DNA from: an uncultured Gemmatimonadales bacterium
GTDB lineage: Bacteria; Gemmatimonadota; Gemmatimonadetes; Gemmatimonadales; GWC2-71-9
Assembly: GCA_963793205.1 (NCBI GenBank)
Contig: CAWBZM010000001.1
Coordinates: 2,354 to 66,353 of the forward strand
Reading direction: 5' to 3'
Length of the DNA: 64,000 nucleotides
Shown: one piece after another, positions 1 to 10,072 of the stretch
Numbering within the stretch: the stretch's first letter is position 1
Layout of the letters: every line of letters begins with the position of its first letter
Translations under genes and position numbers: made by a program
Notes under the pieces: generated by a model
Seen by the model: the letters and a program-made list of their open reading frames with translations, nothing else
What the model was told of the DNA's origin: nothing
Databases searched by the model: none

Positions 1-145
1 TGGTCGGTGGGTTGAGCCATGAACTGAGGTACCGGGTAAGGAATCCGGGTGCGACTCGACCCGTTGCGAGGCCCGGAGTGTCGGGCGTGCCGCAATTATA
101 TGCACACAATGCGCCTCACCTTCAGGAGGCGGAGTGGCCACGGCA

Positions 146-163
146 TGTTGCGTTGATGCAACA
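146..163. promoter_or_regulatory. Palindrome TGTTGC-N6-GCAACA, candidate enhancer (UAS) for a sigma54 activator
   Basis: Reads TGTTGC GTTGAT GCAACA, about 125 bp upstream of a GG-N10-GC site; near-identical motif at 16826-16843. Confidence 0.5.
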
Positions 164-287
164 CATGTGGCGCCTCATTGTCAATTGAGGCCAGCAAGGC
201 ATTTTGGCTGTTCACTTTACTCCACAGCCCAAGGTGAACTCCCTTCCGCGATGCGGCGAGTGAGTTACACTGTTGCGCGCGGAACAT

Positions 288-303
288 GGGCATCATCTTT
301 GCC
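288..303 (+). promoter_or_regulatory. Putative sigma54 (-24/-12) promoter of the sugar-nucleotide operon
   Basis: GGGCATCATCTTTGCC = GG-N10-GC with GGCA and TTGC, about 55 bp before ATG 358. Confidence 0.6.
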
Positions 304-357
304 CATCAGACGGCGAGAGTTTTCACCCACCGACCTCCGAACTGGCTGGAGCCACGC

Positions 358-1620
358 ATGTCGCAGCAGGCCGCCGTCTCTTCGGGTCCCGAAGTCATTC
401 CCTGCCGCTTCTGCGCCGCTCCCCTCACCCAGGTGATGGTGGATCTCGGCATGTCACCGCTCTGCGAGAGCTTTCTGACCGCCGACCAGGTGAATGCCCG
501 CGAGTCGTTCTATCCCCTGACCACCCGGGTCTGCGGCACCTGCTACCTGGTGCAGCTCGAGGCCTACGTCGGCGGCGAAGAGATCTTCACCGAATACGCT
601 TACTTCAGTTCCTATTCCGATAGCTGGCTGGATCATGCCCGGCGCTACACCGAGCAGATGATCGAGCGCTGGAAGCTGGGCGCCAAGAGTCACGTGGTTG
701 AGGTGGCGAGTAACGATGGCTACCTGCTGCAGTATTTCGTGAAGAGCGGGGTGCCGGTCCTCGGCATCGAGCCCGCCGTCAATGTCGCCAAGGTCGCGGT
801 GGAGAAGGGGGTGCCCACCCTGGTGAAGTTCTTCGGCCGGGAGACCGCGCGGGAACTGGTGAAGGAGGGGAAGGGCGCCGACCTGCTGCTGGGTAACAAC
901 GTGCTTGCGCAGGTCCCCGACCTGAATGACTTCGTGGGTGGGCTCAAGATCCTGCTCAATGCGACCGGGGTCATCACCTTTGAGTTCCCCCACCTGATGC
1001 GGCTGGTGGCCGAGAACCAGTTCGACACCATCTACCACGAGCACTATTCCTATTTCTCGTGGCTGACCGCCGAGGCGATCTTCGCCGCCCACGGCCTGAC
1101 GCTGTTCGACGTCGAGGAGCTGCCGACCCATGGCGGCTCGCTCCGGATCTACGCCCGGCACAATGAGGACACCTCCAAGCCGGTGACCGATCGGGCCAGG
1201 GAACTGCGGGACCGGGAAGTCGCGGCCGGGGTCTGGACCCCGGAGTACTACCGGTCGTTCGATGAGCAGGTGAAGGAGACCAAGCGGAAGATTCTCTCCT
1301 TCCTCGTGGAAGCCAAGCGGGCCGGGAAGACGGTGGTGGGGTACGGGGCGCCGGGGAAGGGCAATACCCTGCTGAACTATTGCGCCATCCGGACCGATTT
1401 CATCGACTTTACGGTCGATCGCAATCCCTACAAGCATGGCCGGTTCCTGCCCGGGACCCACATCCCGATTCTCCCGCCGGATGCCCTGCGGGAAGCCCGG
1501 CCCGACTACGTTTTCATCCTGCCCTGGAACCTCAAGGACGAGATCATGAAGCAGCTCTCGTTCATTCGTGAGTGGGGCGGCAAGTTCGTGGTGCCGATTC
1601 CCGAGACCCGGGTGTACTGA
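358..1620 (+). CDS. SAM-dependent NDP-hexose C-methyltransferase family protein
   Basis: N-terminal CRFC...CGTC Zn motif, [15 protein letters not shown] motif, [29 protein letters not shown] 358 preferred to 286. Confidence 0.9.
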   Translation: MSQQAAVSSGPEVIPCRFCAAPLTQVMVDLGMSPLCESFLTADQVNARESFYPLTTRVCGTCYLVQLEAYVGGEEIFTEYAYFSSYSDSWLDHARRYTEQMIERWKLGAKSHVVEVASNDGYLLQYFVKSGVPVLGIEPAVNVAKVAVEKGVPTLVKFFGRETARELVKEGKGADLLLGNNVLAQVPDLNDFVGGLKILLNATGVITFEFPHLMRLVAENQFDTIYHEHYSYFSWLTAEAIFAAHGLTLFDVEELPTHGGSLRIYARHNEDTSKPVTDRARELRDREVAAGVWTPEYYRSFDEQVKETKRKILSFLVEAKRAGKTVVGYGAPGKGNTLLNYCAIRTDFIDFTVDRNPYKHGRFLPGTHIPILPPDALREARPDYVFILPWNLKDEIMKQLSFIREWGGKFVVPIPETRVY

Positions 1621-1666
1621 ACGCGACGGTGCTGCGGTTCACATTTGTCCTGACGGAGATCGCCAC

Positions 1667-2710
1667 ATGAAGGTCCTTATTACGGGGCACACCGGCTACA
1701 TCGGCTCGGTCATGACCCGGCAGTTCCTGGAAGCGGGGCACGAGGTCACCGGATTCGACCTCGGATTCTTTGAGGATTGCCTCCTCGGGCCGGCGCCGCG
1801 TGCGGTCCCCGGGATTCGGAAGGACCTCCGGGACGTCGAGCCGTCGGACCTCGAGGGGTTCGACGCGGTGGTGCACCTCGCCGCCCTGTCGAACGACCCC
1901 CTGGGCAACCTCAACGCCCAGGTCACCTACGATATCAACCACCTCGCCTCGGTGCGACTGGCGCAGGCCGCCAAGCAGGCGGGAGTGCCGCGGTATCTCT
2001 TTGCCTCGTCCTGCAGCCTGTACGGTCTGTCGGATGGATTGAGCTTTCTGGACGAGACGGCGGCGTTCAATCCAGTGACCCCCTACGGCGAGTCCAAGGT
2101 CCTCACCGAACGGGATGTCTCGCCCCTGGCCGACCAGCACTTCTGCCCGACGTACCTCCGCAATGCGACGGCCTACGGCTTCTCGCCCCGGCTGCGGGCC
2201 GACCTGGTCGTGAACAACCTGGTGGGCTACGCCTATACCACCGGCGATGTGTTCATCCAGAGCGATGGCACCCCCTGGCGCCCCTTGGTTCATGTCGAGG
2301 ATATCGGCCGGGCCTTCCTGGCGGTCCTGAACGCTCCGGCCGATACGGTGCGGAACCGGTCGTTCAACGTCGGTCGCACCTCGGAGAACTACCAGATCCG
2401 GGATCTCGCCGACATGGTCAAGGCACTCATCCCGACCAGCCAGATCCGCTACGCCGAAGGCGGCGGTCCCGATCCCCGCTGCTACAAGGTGAGCTGCGAT
2501 ACGATCGCCAAGGTGCTTCCGGCGTTCCAGCCGCAGTGGACGGTCAAGACCGGGATGGAGGATCTGCTGCAGAAGTTCCAGCAGTACAAGCTGGACAAGG
2601 ACAGCTTCCTCGGCACCAATTATCTGCGGATCAAGAAGATCCAGCAGTTGCAGGGCGCGGGCGAACTGAGCGGCGATCTGCGCCGGACGCCTGTCCCCGC
2701 CGGCCGCTGA
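1667..2710 (+). CDS. NAD-dependent epimerase/dehydratase (extended SDR)
   Basis: [26 protein letters not shown] catalytic YxxxK; GGAG upstream of ATG 1667. Confidence 0.9.
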   Translation: MKVLITGHTGYIGSVMTRQFLEAGHEVTGFDLGFFEDCLLGPAPRAVPGIRKDLRDVEPSDLEGFDAVVHLAALSNDPLGNLNAQVTYDINHLASVRLAQAAKQAGVPRYLFASSCSLYGLSDGLSFLDETAAFNPVTPYGESKVLTERDVSPLADQHFCPTYLRNATAYGFSPRLRADLVVNNLVGYAYTTGDVFIQSDGTPWRPLVHVEDIGRAFLAVLNAPADTVRNRSFNVGRTSENYQIRDLADMVKALIPTSQIRYAEGGGPDPRCYKVSCDTIAKVLPAFQPQWTVKTGMEDLLQKFQQYKLDKDSFLGTNYLRIKKIQQLQGAGELSGDLRRTPVPAGR

Positions 2711-2723
2711 GGCGACCCGACCT

Positions 2724-3521
2724 ATGAAGGTGGTGCTCTTCTGCGGCGGGTTGGGGCTGCGTCTCCGGGAGTTCTCGGAGAACATTCCCAAACCCATGGT
2801 GCCCATCGGCTCCCGGCCGATCATCTGGCACCTGATGAAGTATTACGCCCACTACGGGCACAAGGACTTCATCCTGTGCCTGGGACACGGTGCCGCCCAG
2901 TACAAGGAATATTTCCTCAAGTACGATGAGACCGTTTCCAACGATTTCATCCTGTCGGGCGGAGGTCGCAAGGTCGACCTGCTCAAGAGCGATATCGAAG
3001 ACTGGCGGATTACGTTCGTCGACACCGGGCTGCACAGCAACCTGGGACAGCGCCTGATGGCGGTGAAGCCGTACCTTGAGGGCGAGGAGATGTTTCTCGC
3101 CAATTACAGTGACGGCCTCAGCGATCTGCCGCTGCCGGAGATGTTGAGCCGGTTCGAGGCCAGCTCCGCCATCGCCAGCTTCCTCTGTGCCCGGCCGGCG
3201 CTCAGCTTTCACTTCGTGTCCCTGACCCCCGAGGGAAAGGTCACCGCGATCACCGACATCCAGGGCAGCGGCCTGCGGGTGAATGCCGGCTACTTCGCCT
3301 TCCGCAAGGAAGTCTTCAATTACATGCAGCCGGGCGAAGAGCTGGTGCTGCAACCCTTCGACCGCCTGCTGGCAGCCGGCAAACTGATCGCGCACCCCTA
3401 CGACGGCTTCTGGCGCGGCATGGATACGTTCAAGGACAAGCAGGGGCTCGACGATCTCTACGCCCGGGGCAATGCGCCCTGGGAAGTCTGGAAATCGAAG
3501 CCTGCCCCGGCAGGCAAGTAG
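2724..3521 (+). CDS. rfbF: Glucose-1-phosphate cytidylyltransferase family
   Basis: FCGGLGLRLRE..IPKPMV, HLMKYYAHYGHKDFILCLG, GFWRGMDTFKD. Confidence 0.85.
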   Translation: MKVVLFCGGLGLRLREFSENIPKPMVPIGSRPIIWHLMKYYAHYGHKDFILCLGHGAAQYKEYFLKYDETVSNDFILSGGGRKVDLLKSDIEDWRITFVDTGLHSNLGQRLMAVKPYLEGEEMFLANYSDGLSDLPLPEMLSRFEASSAIASFLCARPALSFHFVSLTPEGKVTAITDIQGSGLRVNAGYFAFRKEVFNYMQPGEELVLQPFDRLLAAGKLIAHPYDGFWRGMDTFKDKQGLDDLYARGNAPWEVWKSKPAPAGK

Positions 3522-4188
3522 TGGCCATACTGGAGACGCTGTTGCGCCCCCGGGGTCGCCGGCCCCTGCAGGTCTCCTGCTATGGGGCCCACAGCGACGA
3601 TATCGAGATCGGCCTGGGCGGCACCCTCCTCGCCCTGATGGACGCGGGGATCCGGCTGAACGTGCGGTGGGTCGTGATGACTGCTGCGGGACCGCGCGCG
3701 GCCGAGGCCCGTCGCGGCGCCCGCCGATTTCTCGCGGGGACCCACACCAACTGAGGTGACGCTCGGGAACCTTTCGGGATGGGTTTCTGCCCTTTGATGC
3801 CACGCCGGTGAAGGAATTTGTCGAGGCGCACCGGAAGAGTGGACCGGACCCCGACGTCATCTTCACCCACTTCCGCCAGGATCGGCATCAGGACCATCGT
3901 TTGATGTCCGACCTGATCTGGAACACCTACCGCAATCATCTGGTGCTGGAATATGAGATCCCCAAGTACGATGGGGACCTCGGCGTGCCCAATGCCTTTG
4001 TGCCGCTCACCCCGGTGCTCGCACGCCGGAAGGCGCGCTACCTCCAGCAGGTCTTCGCGAGCCAGCGCTCCAAGACCTGGTTCACCGACGACACCTTTCT
4101 CGGGCTGATGCGTCTGCGGGGCATCGAATGTGGCGCCCCGGGCGGGTACGCCGAGGCGTTCTACGCCCGCAAGCTCCGGCTGCTCTGA
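3521..4188 (+). CDS. PIG-L family deacetylase, split by frameshift(s) near 3750-3770
   Basis: AHSDDIEIG in ORF 3521-3754; FRDGFLP, DRHQDH, YEIPKYDGDLG and AEAF in the frame of ORF 3808-4188. Confidence 0.85.
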
Positions 4189-4199
4189 GTCGTCTGCCG

Positions 4200-5123
4200 A
4201 TGCCCGCCGCCCCTCGTGTGACCATCGGACTCCCGGTCTACAACGGGGCGGCGACGCTGGAAGCCGCGGTGGAGCCATTGCTGGCGCAGACCTTCACCGA
4301 CTTCGAGCTGCTGATCAGCGATAACGCCTCCACCGATGGGACCGCGGCCCTGGCGGAGCGGTTGGTCCGGCAGGATCCACGCGTCCGGTATGTGCGGCAG
4401 CCGGTGAATCTTGGTGCCAACGGCAATTACAGCTTTGTCGCCCGGGATGCGCGGGGTGAATACCTCAAGTGGGCCACCGCCAGCGACTGGTGTGCGCCGA
4501 CCTTCCTCGAGCGCTGTGTGGCAGCACTCGACGCCCATCCCGACGCCGTGCTGGCGGCGCCCAGGACCCGGCTGTTCGAACAGGACCGTGCGCTGGCGCG
4601 GGACTATGCCGAGGACGTGTCGATTCCCGAGACCACCCCGTTTGCCAGGCTGAAGGCGATGGATGCGCGGTTGCGGCTCAACAACGCCTTCAATGGTGTC
4701 ATCCGGCTCTCCGCCCTTCGCCGGACCCGGCTGGTCGAACCATATCTCCTCGCGGATATCGTCCTGATGGGACACCTGGCGCTGCTCGGTCCCTTTCTGC
4801 TGGTGGAGGAACCGCTCTTCTTCCGTCGCATGGAGGTGGAGACCTCGACCACCCTCCAGAGTCGCGACCAGCAGCTACGACATCTCTTCCCCGTGCCCAC
4901 CGCCCGTACCCTGCTGCAGTGCTGGAAGCGGCACCGGGGGTGGCTGCGCGCCGGCTGGTCAGCGCCGATGCCGTTTGCCGAGCGGTTGCGCGTGCTCGGG
5001 TACCTGACGCGCCGGGTCGTATGGGACCGCTGGGTCCTCCTTGGGGAACTGGTCGGCGCGATGCGCTATGCTGGACGTCGGGTCACTGACAGCCGGCCCA
5101 AGCCGGCGCCAGGCGGCCGATGA
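4200..5123 (+). CDS. GT2 family glycosyltransferase
   Basis: VTIGLPVYNG, ELLISDNASTDGT, NLGANGN, ARGEYLKW. Confidence 0.9.
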   Translation: MPAAPRVTIGLPVYNGAATLEAAVEPLLAQTFTDFELLISDNASTDGTAALAERLVRQDPRVRYVRQPVNLGANGNYSFVARDARGEYLKWATASDWCAPTFLERCVAALDAHPDAVLAAPRTRLFEQDRALARDYAEDVSIPETTPFARLKAMDARLRLNNAFNGVIRLSALRRTRLVEPYLLADIVLMGHLALLGPFLLVEEPLFFRRMEVETSTTLQSRDQQLRHLFPVPTARTLLQCWKRHRGWLRAGWSAPMPFAERLRVLGYLTRRVVWDRWVLLGELVGAMRYAGRRVTDSRPKPAPGGR

Positions 5124-6448
5124 CCAGGGCTGGCTTTAGCGACGCCCCATCACTGGCCTCGTCACAGGGGGAATCGATCCATGCCCTGGTACGAGCGCTG
5201 TACCCGCTGGGGCGCAGCATCACCGGCGCCGGCGTTCGCGAGACGCTTGCGCGCCTGAGCGAGATCGTGCCCCTGCAGGTGACCGAGGTCGCCAGTGGTA
5301 CACCGGTCTTCGACTGGACGGTGCCAGACGAATGGTCAATCGACGAGGCGTACCTCGAGGACAGCCAGGGCAACCGGGTGGTGAACCTCCGGGACTCGAC
5401 GCTGCACGTGGTGGGGTACAGTACGCCCATCGACGCCACGATGAGCCTGGCGGAGCTGCAGCCGCACCTGCATTCCCTGCCGGAACATCCGGACTGGATT
5501 CCGTATCGGACCTCCTACTACGCGCCGAACTGGGGGTTCTGCCTCACCGATCGTCTGCGTCAGTCACTGAAATCAGGGAATTACCGTGCGGTCATCCGCT
5601 CGCGGCTCGCCCCCGGCAGCCTGACCCTCGGGGAGTACGTGCATCGGGGGGCGACGGCGGAGGAGGTGCTGGTGTTCGCTCACGACTGTCACCCCTCGCT
5701 GGCCAACGACAACCTCTCCGGGGTGGCGGTCGCCACCCACCTTGCGGCCTTCCTGCGCCAGCAGCAGACGCGCTACACCTACCGCTTCCTGTTTGCCCCG
5801 GCGACCATCGGGTCCATCACCTGGCTGGCTCGACATCAGGCGGACCTCGGGCGGATCAAGCATGGGCTGGTCCTCTCGCTCCTCGGCGGTGGTGGCCCGT
5901 TCCACTACAAGCAGTCCCGGACCGGCAATGCGGTGATCGATCGGGCGGCGGGGCAGGTGTTGCGCACCGAGTTCCCCGACGCCCGGTTCCTCGACTTCAT
6001 CCCCTGGGGCTACGACGAACGGCAGTTCTGCTCGCCGGGGATCAACCTGCCGATGGGCCGGCTGACCCGAACGCCCAACGGGGAATTCCCCGAGTACCAC
6101 ACCTCGGGCGACAACCCCGATTTTCTCTCGCCGGCGGAACTGGGCGAGGCGTGGCTGGCCTGTCTGCGGATCTTCGCCGTGCTGGAGGGCGACCGGCGGT
6201 GCCGGAACCTCGCTCCCTTCGGCGAGCCCCAGCTCGGGCGGCGCGGCCTCTACCGCATGACCGGGGGCCACCAGGACGTCCCGGAGCGGCAGTTGGCGCT
6301 GCTCTGGGTGCTGAATCAGTCTGACGGGGCGCACTCCCTGCTGGACATCGCGGAGCGTGCCGGACTTCCATTTCGCGTGATTGAAGCGGCTGCCACCGAT
6401 CTGGAGTCGGTGGGACTGCTGGGACCCGTGCCGGGAGTTGAAGCGTGA
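5120..6448 (+). CDS. DUF4910/DUF2172 aminopeptidase-like protein with C-terminal winged helix, polysaccharide-cluster associated
   Basis: RSITGAGVRETL, VFDWTVPDEW, IPYRTSYY, CHPSLANDNLSG, GYDERQF, EYHTSGD, GEPQLGRRGLY. Confidence 0.85.
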   Translation: MTRAGFSDAPSLASSQGESIHALVRALYPLGRSITGAGVRETLARLSEIVPLQVTEVASGTPVFDWTVPDEWSIDEAYLEDSQGNRVVNLRDSTLHVVGYSTPIDATMSLAELQPHLHSLPEHPDWIPYRTSYYAPNWGFCLTDRLRQSLKSGNYRAVIRSRLAPGSLTLGEYVHRGATAEEVLVFAHDCHPSLANDNLSGVAVATHLAAFLRQQQTRYTYRFLFAPATIGSITWLARHQADLGRIKHGLVLSLLGGGGPFHYKQSRTGNAVIDRAAGQVLRTEFPDARFLDFIPWGYDERQFCSPGINLPMGRLTRTPNGEFPEYHTSGDNPDFLSPAELGEAWLACLRIFAVLEGDRRCRNLAPFGEPQLGRRGLYRMTGGHQDVPERQLALLWVLNQSDGAHSLLDIAERAGLPFRVIEAAATDLESVGLLGPVPGVEA

Positions 6449-6494
6449 GCTCGCGTCGCGCGAGGGACCGTACCACGGCAGGCAAGGAGCGGGC

Positions 6495-7555
6495 ATGATC
6501 GAGAGTGATATCAGCATCGCCGGGGCGCTCGGGCTCCACGCGGGCGACTGGGTGATCGTCCGCTCGCAGGAGGAGATCCTCGCGAGTCTGGATGCCCGCG
6601 GCCGGCTGGAGGAGCTTCCCTTTCAGCCGGAGATGCTGGCCTACTGCGGCCGGCGGATGCGGGTGGCCAAGGTGGCGCACAAGACCTGTGACAACATCAC
6701 CAAGACCGGTGGCCGCCGCCTGCTGCGCTCGGTCCACCTCGAGGGTGCCCGGTGCGATGGGTCCTTTCACGGTGGGTGTCAGGCGGACTGCGTCTTCTAC
6801 TGGAAGGAAGCCTGGCTGCGCCGGGCTGATGCCCCCGCGGCGGTACTGCCGACGGCATCCGGCGGGATCAGCGAGGCGCAGTTGCTCGAGGCCGTGCATG
6901 CCCCCGGGGATGCCGACCCCGAGGATCCCACCTGGGTCTGCCAGGTGACCACCGTGGTTGAGGCGACGACGTGGCTGCCCTGGTGGGACCTCCGGCAGTA
7001 TGTGCAGGATGTCACCAGCGGCAATCATACGGCCTGGCACATGATCAAGCTGCTGACGGCGGCCAGCTACCGCCGGTTCGTCGCGCTTGGCCCGGGGTAC
7101 AATTTCAAGATCAAACTCTACAACTCTGGCAGCGGCTCCTCGGCGGCAAGCCGTTTCCGCTGGTCCGGGCCAGGATCGTCCGGGGCCAGCCAACGCCCAC
7201 CGCCAGCCTCAACCTGCAGCCGGGCGAATGGGTGGAGGTGCGGCCGGGGGAGGAAATTGACGAAACAATTACTCCGGATGGCATGAACCGTGGGATGCGG
7301 TATGACATGGAGATGCGCAAATACTCGGGGCATCGGTATCGGGTGGAGATGCGGGTCAATCGGCTGATCAACGAAAAGACCGGCAAGATGACGGTGATGA
7401 AGAACCCCTGCATCCAGCTGGAGAACGTCTACTGTCGGGCAGAGTGCACCGATCGGCGGCTGGGCTGTCCTCGCGCCTCCAATACCTACTGGCGGGAGAT
7501 CTGGCTGAAGCGGGTCGAAGGACCGACAGTTCCCGCTGGGGCCGATCGCTCCTGA
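6495..7555 (+). CDS. Hypothetical Cys-containing protein with two homologous domains; frameshift near 7125
   Basis: ORFs 6381-7286 and 6971-7555 join if one C is restored (TAC AAC [C]TC TGG); AAGGAG precedes ATG 6495; repeated GxWVxVR.EEI...YW(K/R)ExWL motif. Confidence 0.75.
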
Positions 7556-8724
7556 TGGGGCTGTTCAGCGTGGCGGAGGCCCTGCCCGCTGTCGCCGGCG
7601 CCGGTCCCATGAGGATTGTCCATCTCCTCTCCCCCGCACCGTTCGGTGGGCTCGAGCGGGTGGTCGAGATGCTGGCGGCGGGTCAGCAGGGCCGCGGCGA
7701 TACGGTGCATGTGCTGGGCAGCGTGGGGCCGGGAGGCGAGGATCATCCCTTCCTCACCACCCTGCGACAGCGCGGCATATCCTGTACCGCCATCACCAAC
7801 CCCTCTCGCGCTTACCTGACGGAGTACCGCGACCTCCGCCACCGGCTCAGCCAGCTCGCCCCCGATATCGCCCACAGCCACGGTTACCGATCGGATGCCC
7901 TGACGGTCGCCAGCAGCAGACCTCTCGGCATTCCTGTTGTCAGCACGGCCCATGGCTTCGTTGGGGGCAGCCTGCGCAACCTGGTCTACGAACAGGTCCA
8001 GCGGCAGGCCTGGAAACGCTGCGCCGCCGTGGTCGCCGTCTCCCGCCCGCTGGTGGGGGCGTTGTCCCGGGCCGGGATCAGGCACCCGATTCTGATTCCG
8101 AATGCCTGGAGTCCCGCATCGCGCCCGCACTCGCAAACCGAAGCGCGGCAGCTGCTCGCGGTGCCTGCCGACGTGCCGTTGATCGGCTGGGTCGGCCGCT
8201 TCAGCAAGGAGAAAGGCGCCGACATCATGCTGGAGGCGTTCGGACGGATGGCGACCAACAGGGCGCACCTGGTCTTCATCGGCGACGGTGGTGCACGACC
8301 GGAGCTCGAGGCCCGCGCCGCGCAGCTCGGGCTGCAGGATCGGGTGCACTTCGCCGGTGTTGTGCCGGAGGCCGGCCGACTCTTTACGGCCTTTGACTGC
8401 TTTGCCCTGAGTTCGCGGAGCGAAGGTACCCCGATCGCGCTGCTTGAAGCGATGTCGGCCGGGGTCCCGATCGTCGCCACGACGGTGGGAGGTGTGCCTG
8501 ATGTAGTTGGGCCCGGTGAGGCTGGGCTCGTGCCGCCGGAGGATCCGGGTGCGCTCGCCGTGGCCCTGGATGATCTGCTCCGCAATCCTCAGCAGGCGGC
8601 GATACGGGTTCGCGCAGCAACGGATCGGCTCACCCTGGAGTTCGGGCCTGAGCGCTGGCTCGATGCCTACGAGGCGGTCTATCGTCGGGTGGGAGGCGCG
8701 AGGGCTCCCGGGCCAACGCAGTGA
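7555..8724 (+). CDS. GT4 (GT-B) glycosyltransferase
   Basis: GGLER, HSHGYRS, VGRFSKEKG, SRSEGTPIALLEAM, VGGVPDV; start at 7555 or 7609. Confidence 0.9.
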   Translation: MGLFSVAEALPAVAGAGPMRIVHLLSPAPFGGLERVVEMLAAGQQGRGDTVHVLGSVGPGGEDHPFLTTLRQRGISCTAITNPSRAYLTEYRDLRHRLSQLAPDIAHSHGYRSDALTVASSRPLGIPVVSTAHGFVGGSLRNLVYEQVQRQAWKRCAAVVAVSRPLVGALSRAGIRHPILIPNAWSPASRPHSQTEARQLLAVPADVPLIGWVGRFSKEKGADIMLEAFGRMATNRAHLVFIGDGGARPELEARAAQLGLQDRVHFAGVVPEAGRLFTAFDCFALSSRSEGTPIALLEAMSAGVPIVATTVGGVPDVVGPGEAGLVPPEDPGALAVALDDLLRNPQQAAIRVRAATDRLTLEFGPERWLDAYEAVYRRVGGARAPGPTQ

Positions 8725-8730
8725 AGTCCT

Positions 8731-9918
8731 TTACACCGCCATGACCCGTTTCGCGACACTTTCCCCGATGGCGAGCGACGCGGTTGCGGCGGGCGATGGT
8801 GCATTCAGCACGTGGACCATCCCCGGCGCCTCCTGCAGGTAGAAGTCGTCCAGCAGCTTCCCGGTGCGGTCCACCGCCTGCGCCCGTACCCCGCTGCCCC
8901 CTGGCGCAATATCGGCGTCAGTGAGATTGGGCAGCAGCGTCTGCAGGGAGCGGAGGAATCGGGGCCGGCTCAGCGACCGGCGGATCTCGGTGAGGCCATT
9001 GCGCCACTGGCGACGGCTCATGCGCCAGAACCCGGGAAAGACTGCCCAGTCGGCCATATCTCGGAGTGACACATCACTCCAGCGATAACCTTCGCGCTTG
9101 AGCGCAAGGACGGCATTGGGTCCCGCTTCGACCACGTCGTTGAATCCGCGGGTGAAGTGGACGCCGAGGAAGGGGAGAGCGGGGTCGGGAACGGGGTAGA
9201 TGAGTCCCCGGACAAGATGCGCCCGTTCTGGCCGGAGGGTGTAATACTCGCCCCGGAAGGGGACGATGCGGACCTCCGGATCGAGCCCCGCCATTCGGGT
9301 GATCCGGTCGCATTGCAGACCGGCGCAGTTGACCATGCGTGGGGCGGTGAACTCGCCCGCTCCGGTTTCGACCACAATCTGCTGGCCATCCCGCCGGATG
9401 CCCGAGACCCGATGGCCGGTGCGCACCTCACCGCCCGCCGCCCGGATTCGCCGGGCCATGGCTTCGGCCACCATCGGATAGTCCGCCACCCCGGTCTCCT
9501 CCACCCACAACCCGGCGATGCCAGCGACCTCGGGTTCGCGTTCCTTGATTTCTGCGGCGGAGATCCGGTGGAAGACCACTCCGTTCGCAGTACCACGCTC
9601 GGCCAGGGTGTCGAGTCGGGGCAGTTCACTCGGATGCGTGGCCACCACAAGCTTCCCGCAGCGGCGATGCGACACCTGCTCGCGGGCGCAGAACTCGTAC
9701 ATGTCCTGGAGCCCCTGCCGGCACAGCGTCGCCTTGAGGGAGCCTGGCTTGTAGTACAACCCGGCGTGGATCACCCCGCTGTTGTGACCAGTCTGGTGAG
9801 TAGCCAGCTTGTCCTCCGCTTCGAGCACCACCGGACGCTGGCCATGCTGCTCGGCCAGCTTCATGGCTGTCGCCAGCCCGACGATGCCGCCGCCAATCAC
9901 CACCACATCACTCCGCAT
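8731..9918 (-). CDS. lhgO: L-2-hydroxyglutarate oxidase family FAD oxidoreductase
   Basis: IGGGIVG, HQTGHNSGVIHAGLYYKPGSLKA, IYPVPDP..PFLGVHFT, NAPSPAATASL. Confidence 0.9.
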   Translation of the reverse strand: MRSDVVVIGGGIVGLATAMKLAEQHGQRPVVLEAEDKLATHQTGHNSGVIHAGLYYKPGSLKATLCRQGLQDMYEFCAREQVSHRRCGKLVVATHPSELPRLDTLAERGTANGVVFHRISAAEIKEREPEVAGIAGLWVEETGVADYPMVAEAMARRIRAAGGEVRTGHRVSGIRRDGQQIVVETGAGEFTAPRMVNCAGLQCDRITRMAGLDPEVRIVPFRGEYYTLRPERAHLVRGLIYPVPDPALPFLGVHFTRGFNDVVEAGPNAVLALKREGYRWSDVSLRDMADWAVFPGFWRMSRRQWRNGLTEIRRSLSRPRFLRSLQTLLPNLTDADIAPGGSGVRAQAVDRTGKLLDDFYLQEAPGMVHVLNAPSPAATASLAIGESVAKRVMAV

Positions 9919-10072
9919 GCCTGTTGCCTCGCAGAAAAATTGGATTGCTCACTCGCCCCGGGGCCATGGCGTGGCGTCCCATGGTTGGGCATCTTTCGAC
10001 GTCGGTGCCGGGGAGTCCTCGCCGCGCTCCCGACCGCTTCACGCCGTTCAGCCTACCTTCTGAACCGAGTCC

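Noticed and set aside
1..100. Start of a leftward gene (CAT at 18-20) with TATAAT on the minus strand at 95-100
   Set aside because: Only six codons are visible and there is no matching -35 element; cannot be supported from this window.
286..357. N-terminal extension of the methyltransferase from ATG 286
   Set aside because: Overlaps the sigma54-like promoter and precedes the family-typical start; ATG 358 has GGAG upstream.
3752..3754. TGA read-through or selenocysteine in the PIG-L gene
   Set aside because: The downstream half is in a different frame, so an indel and not recoding is required.
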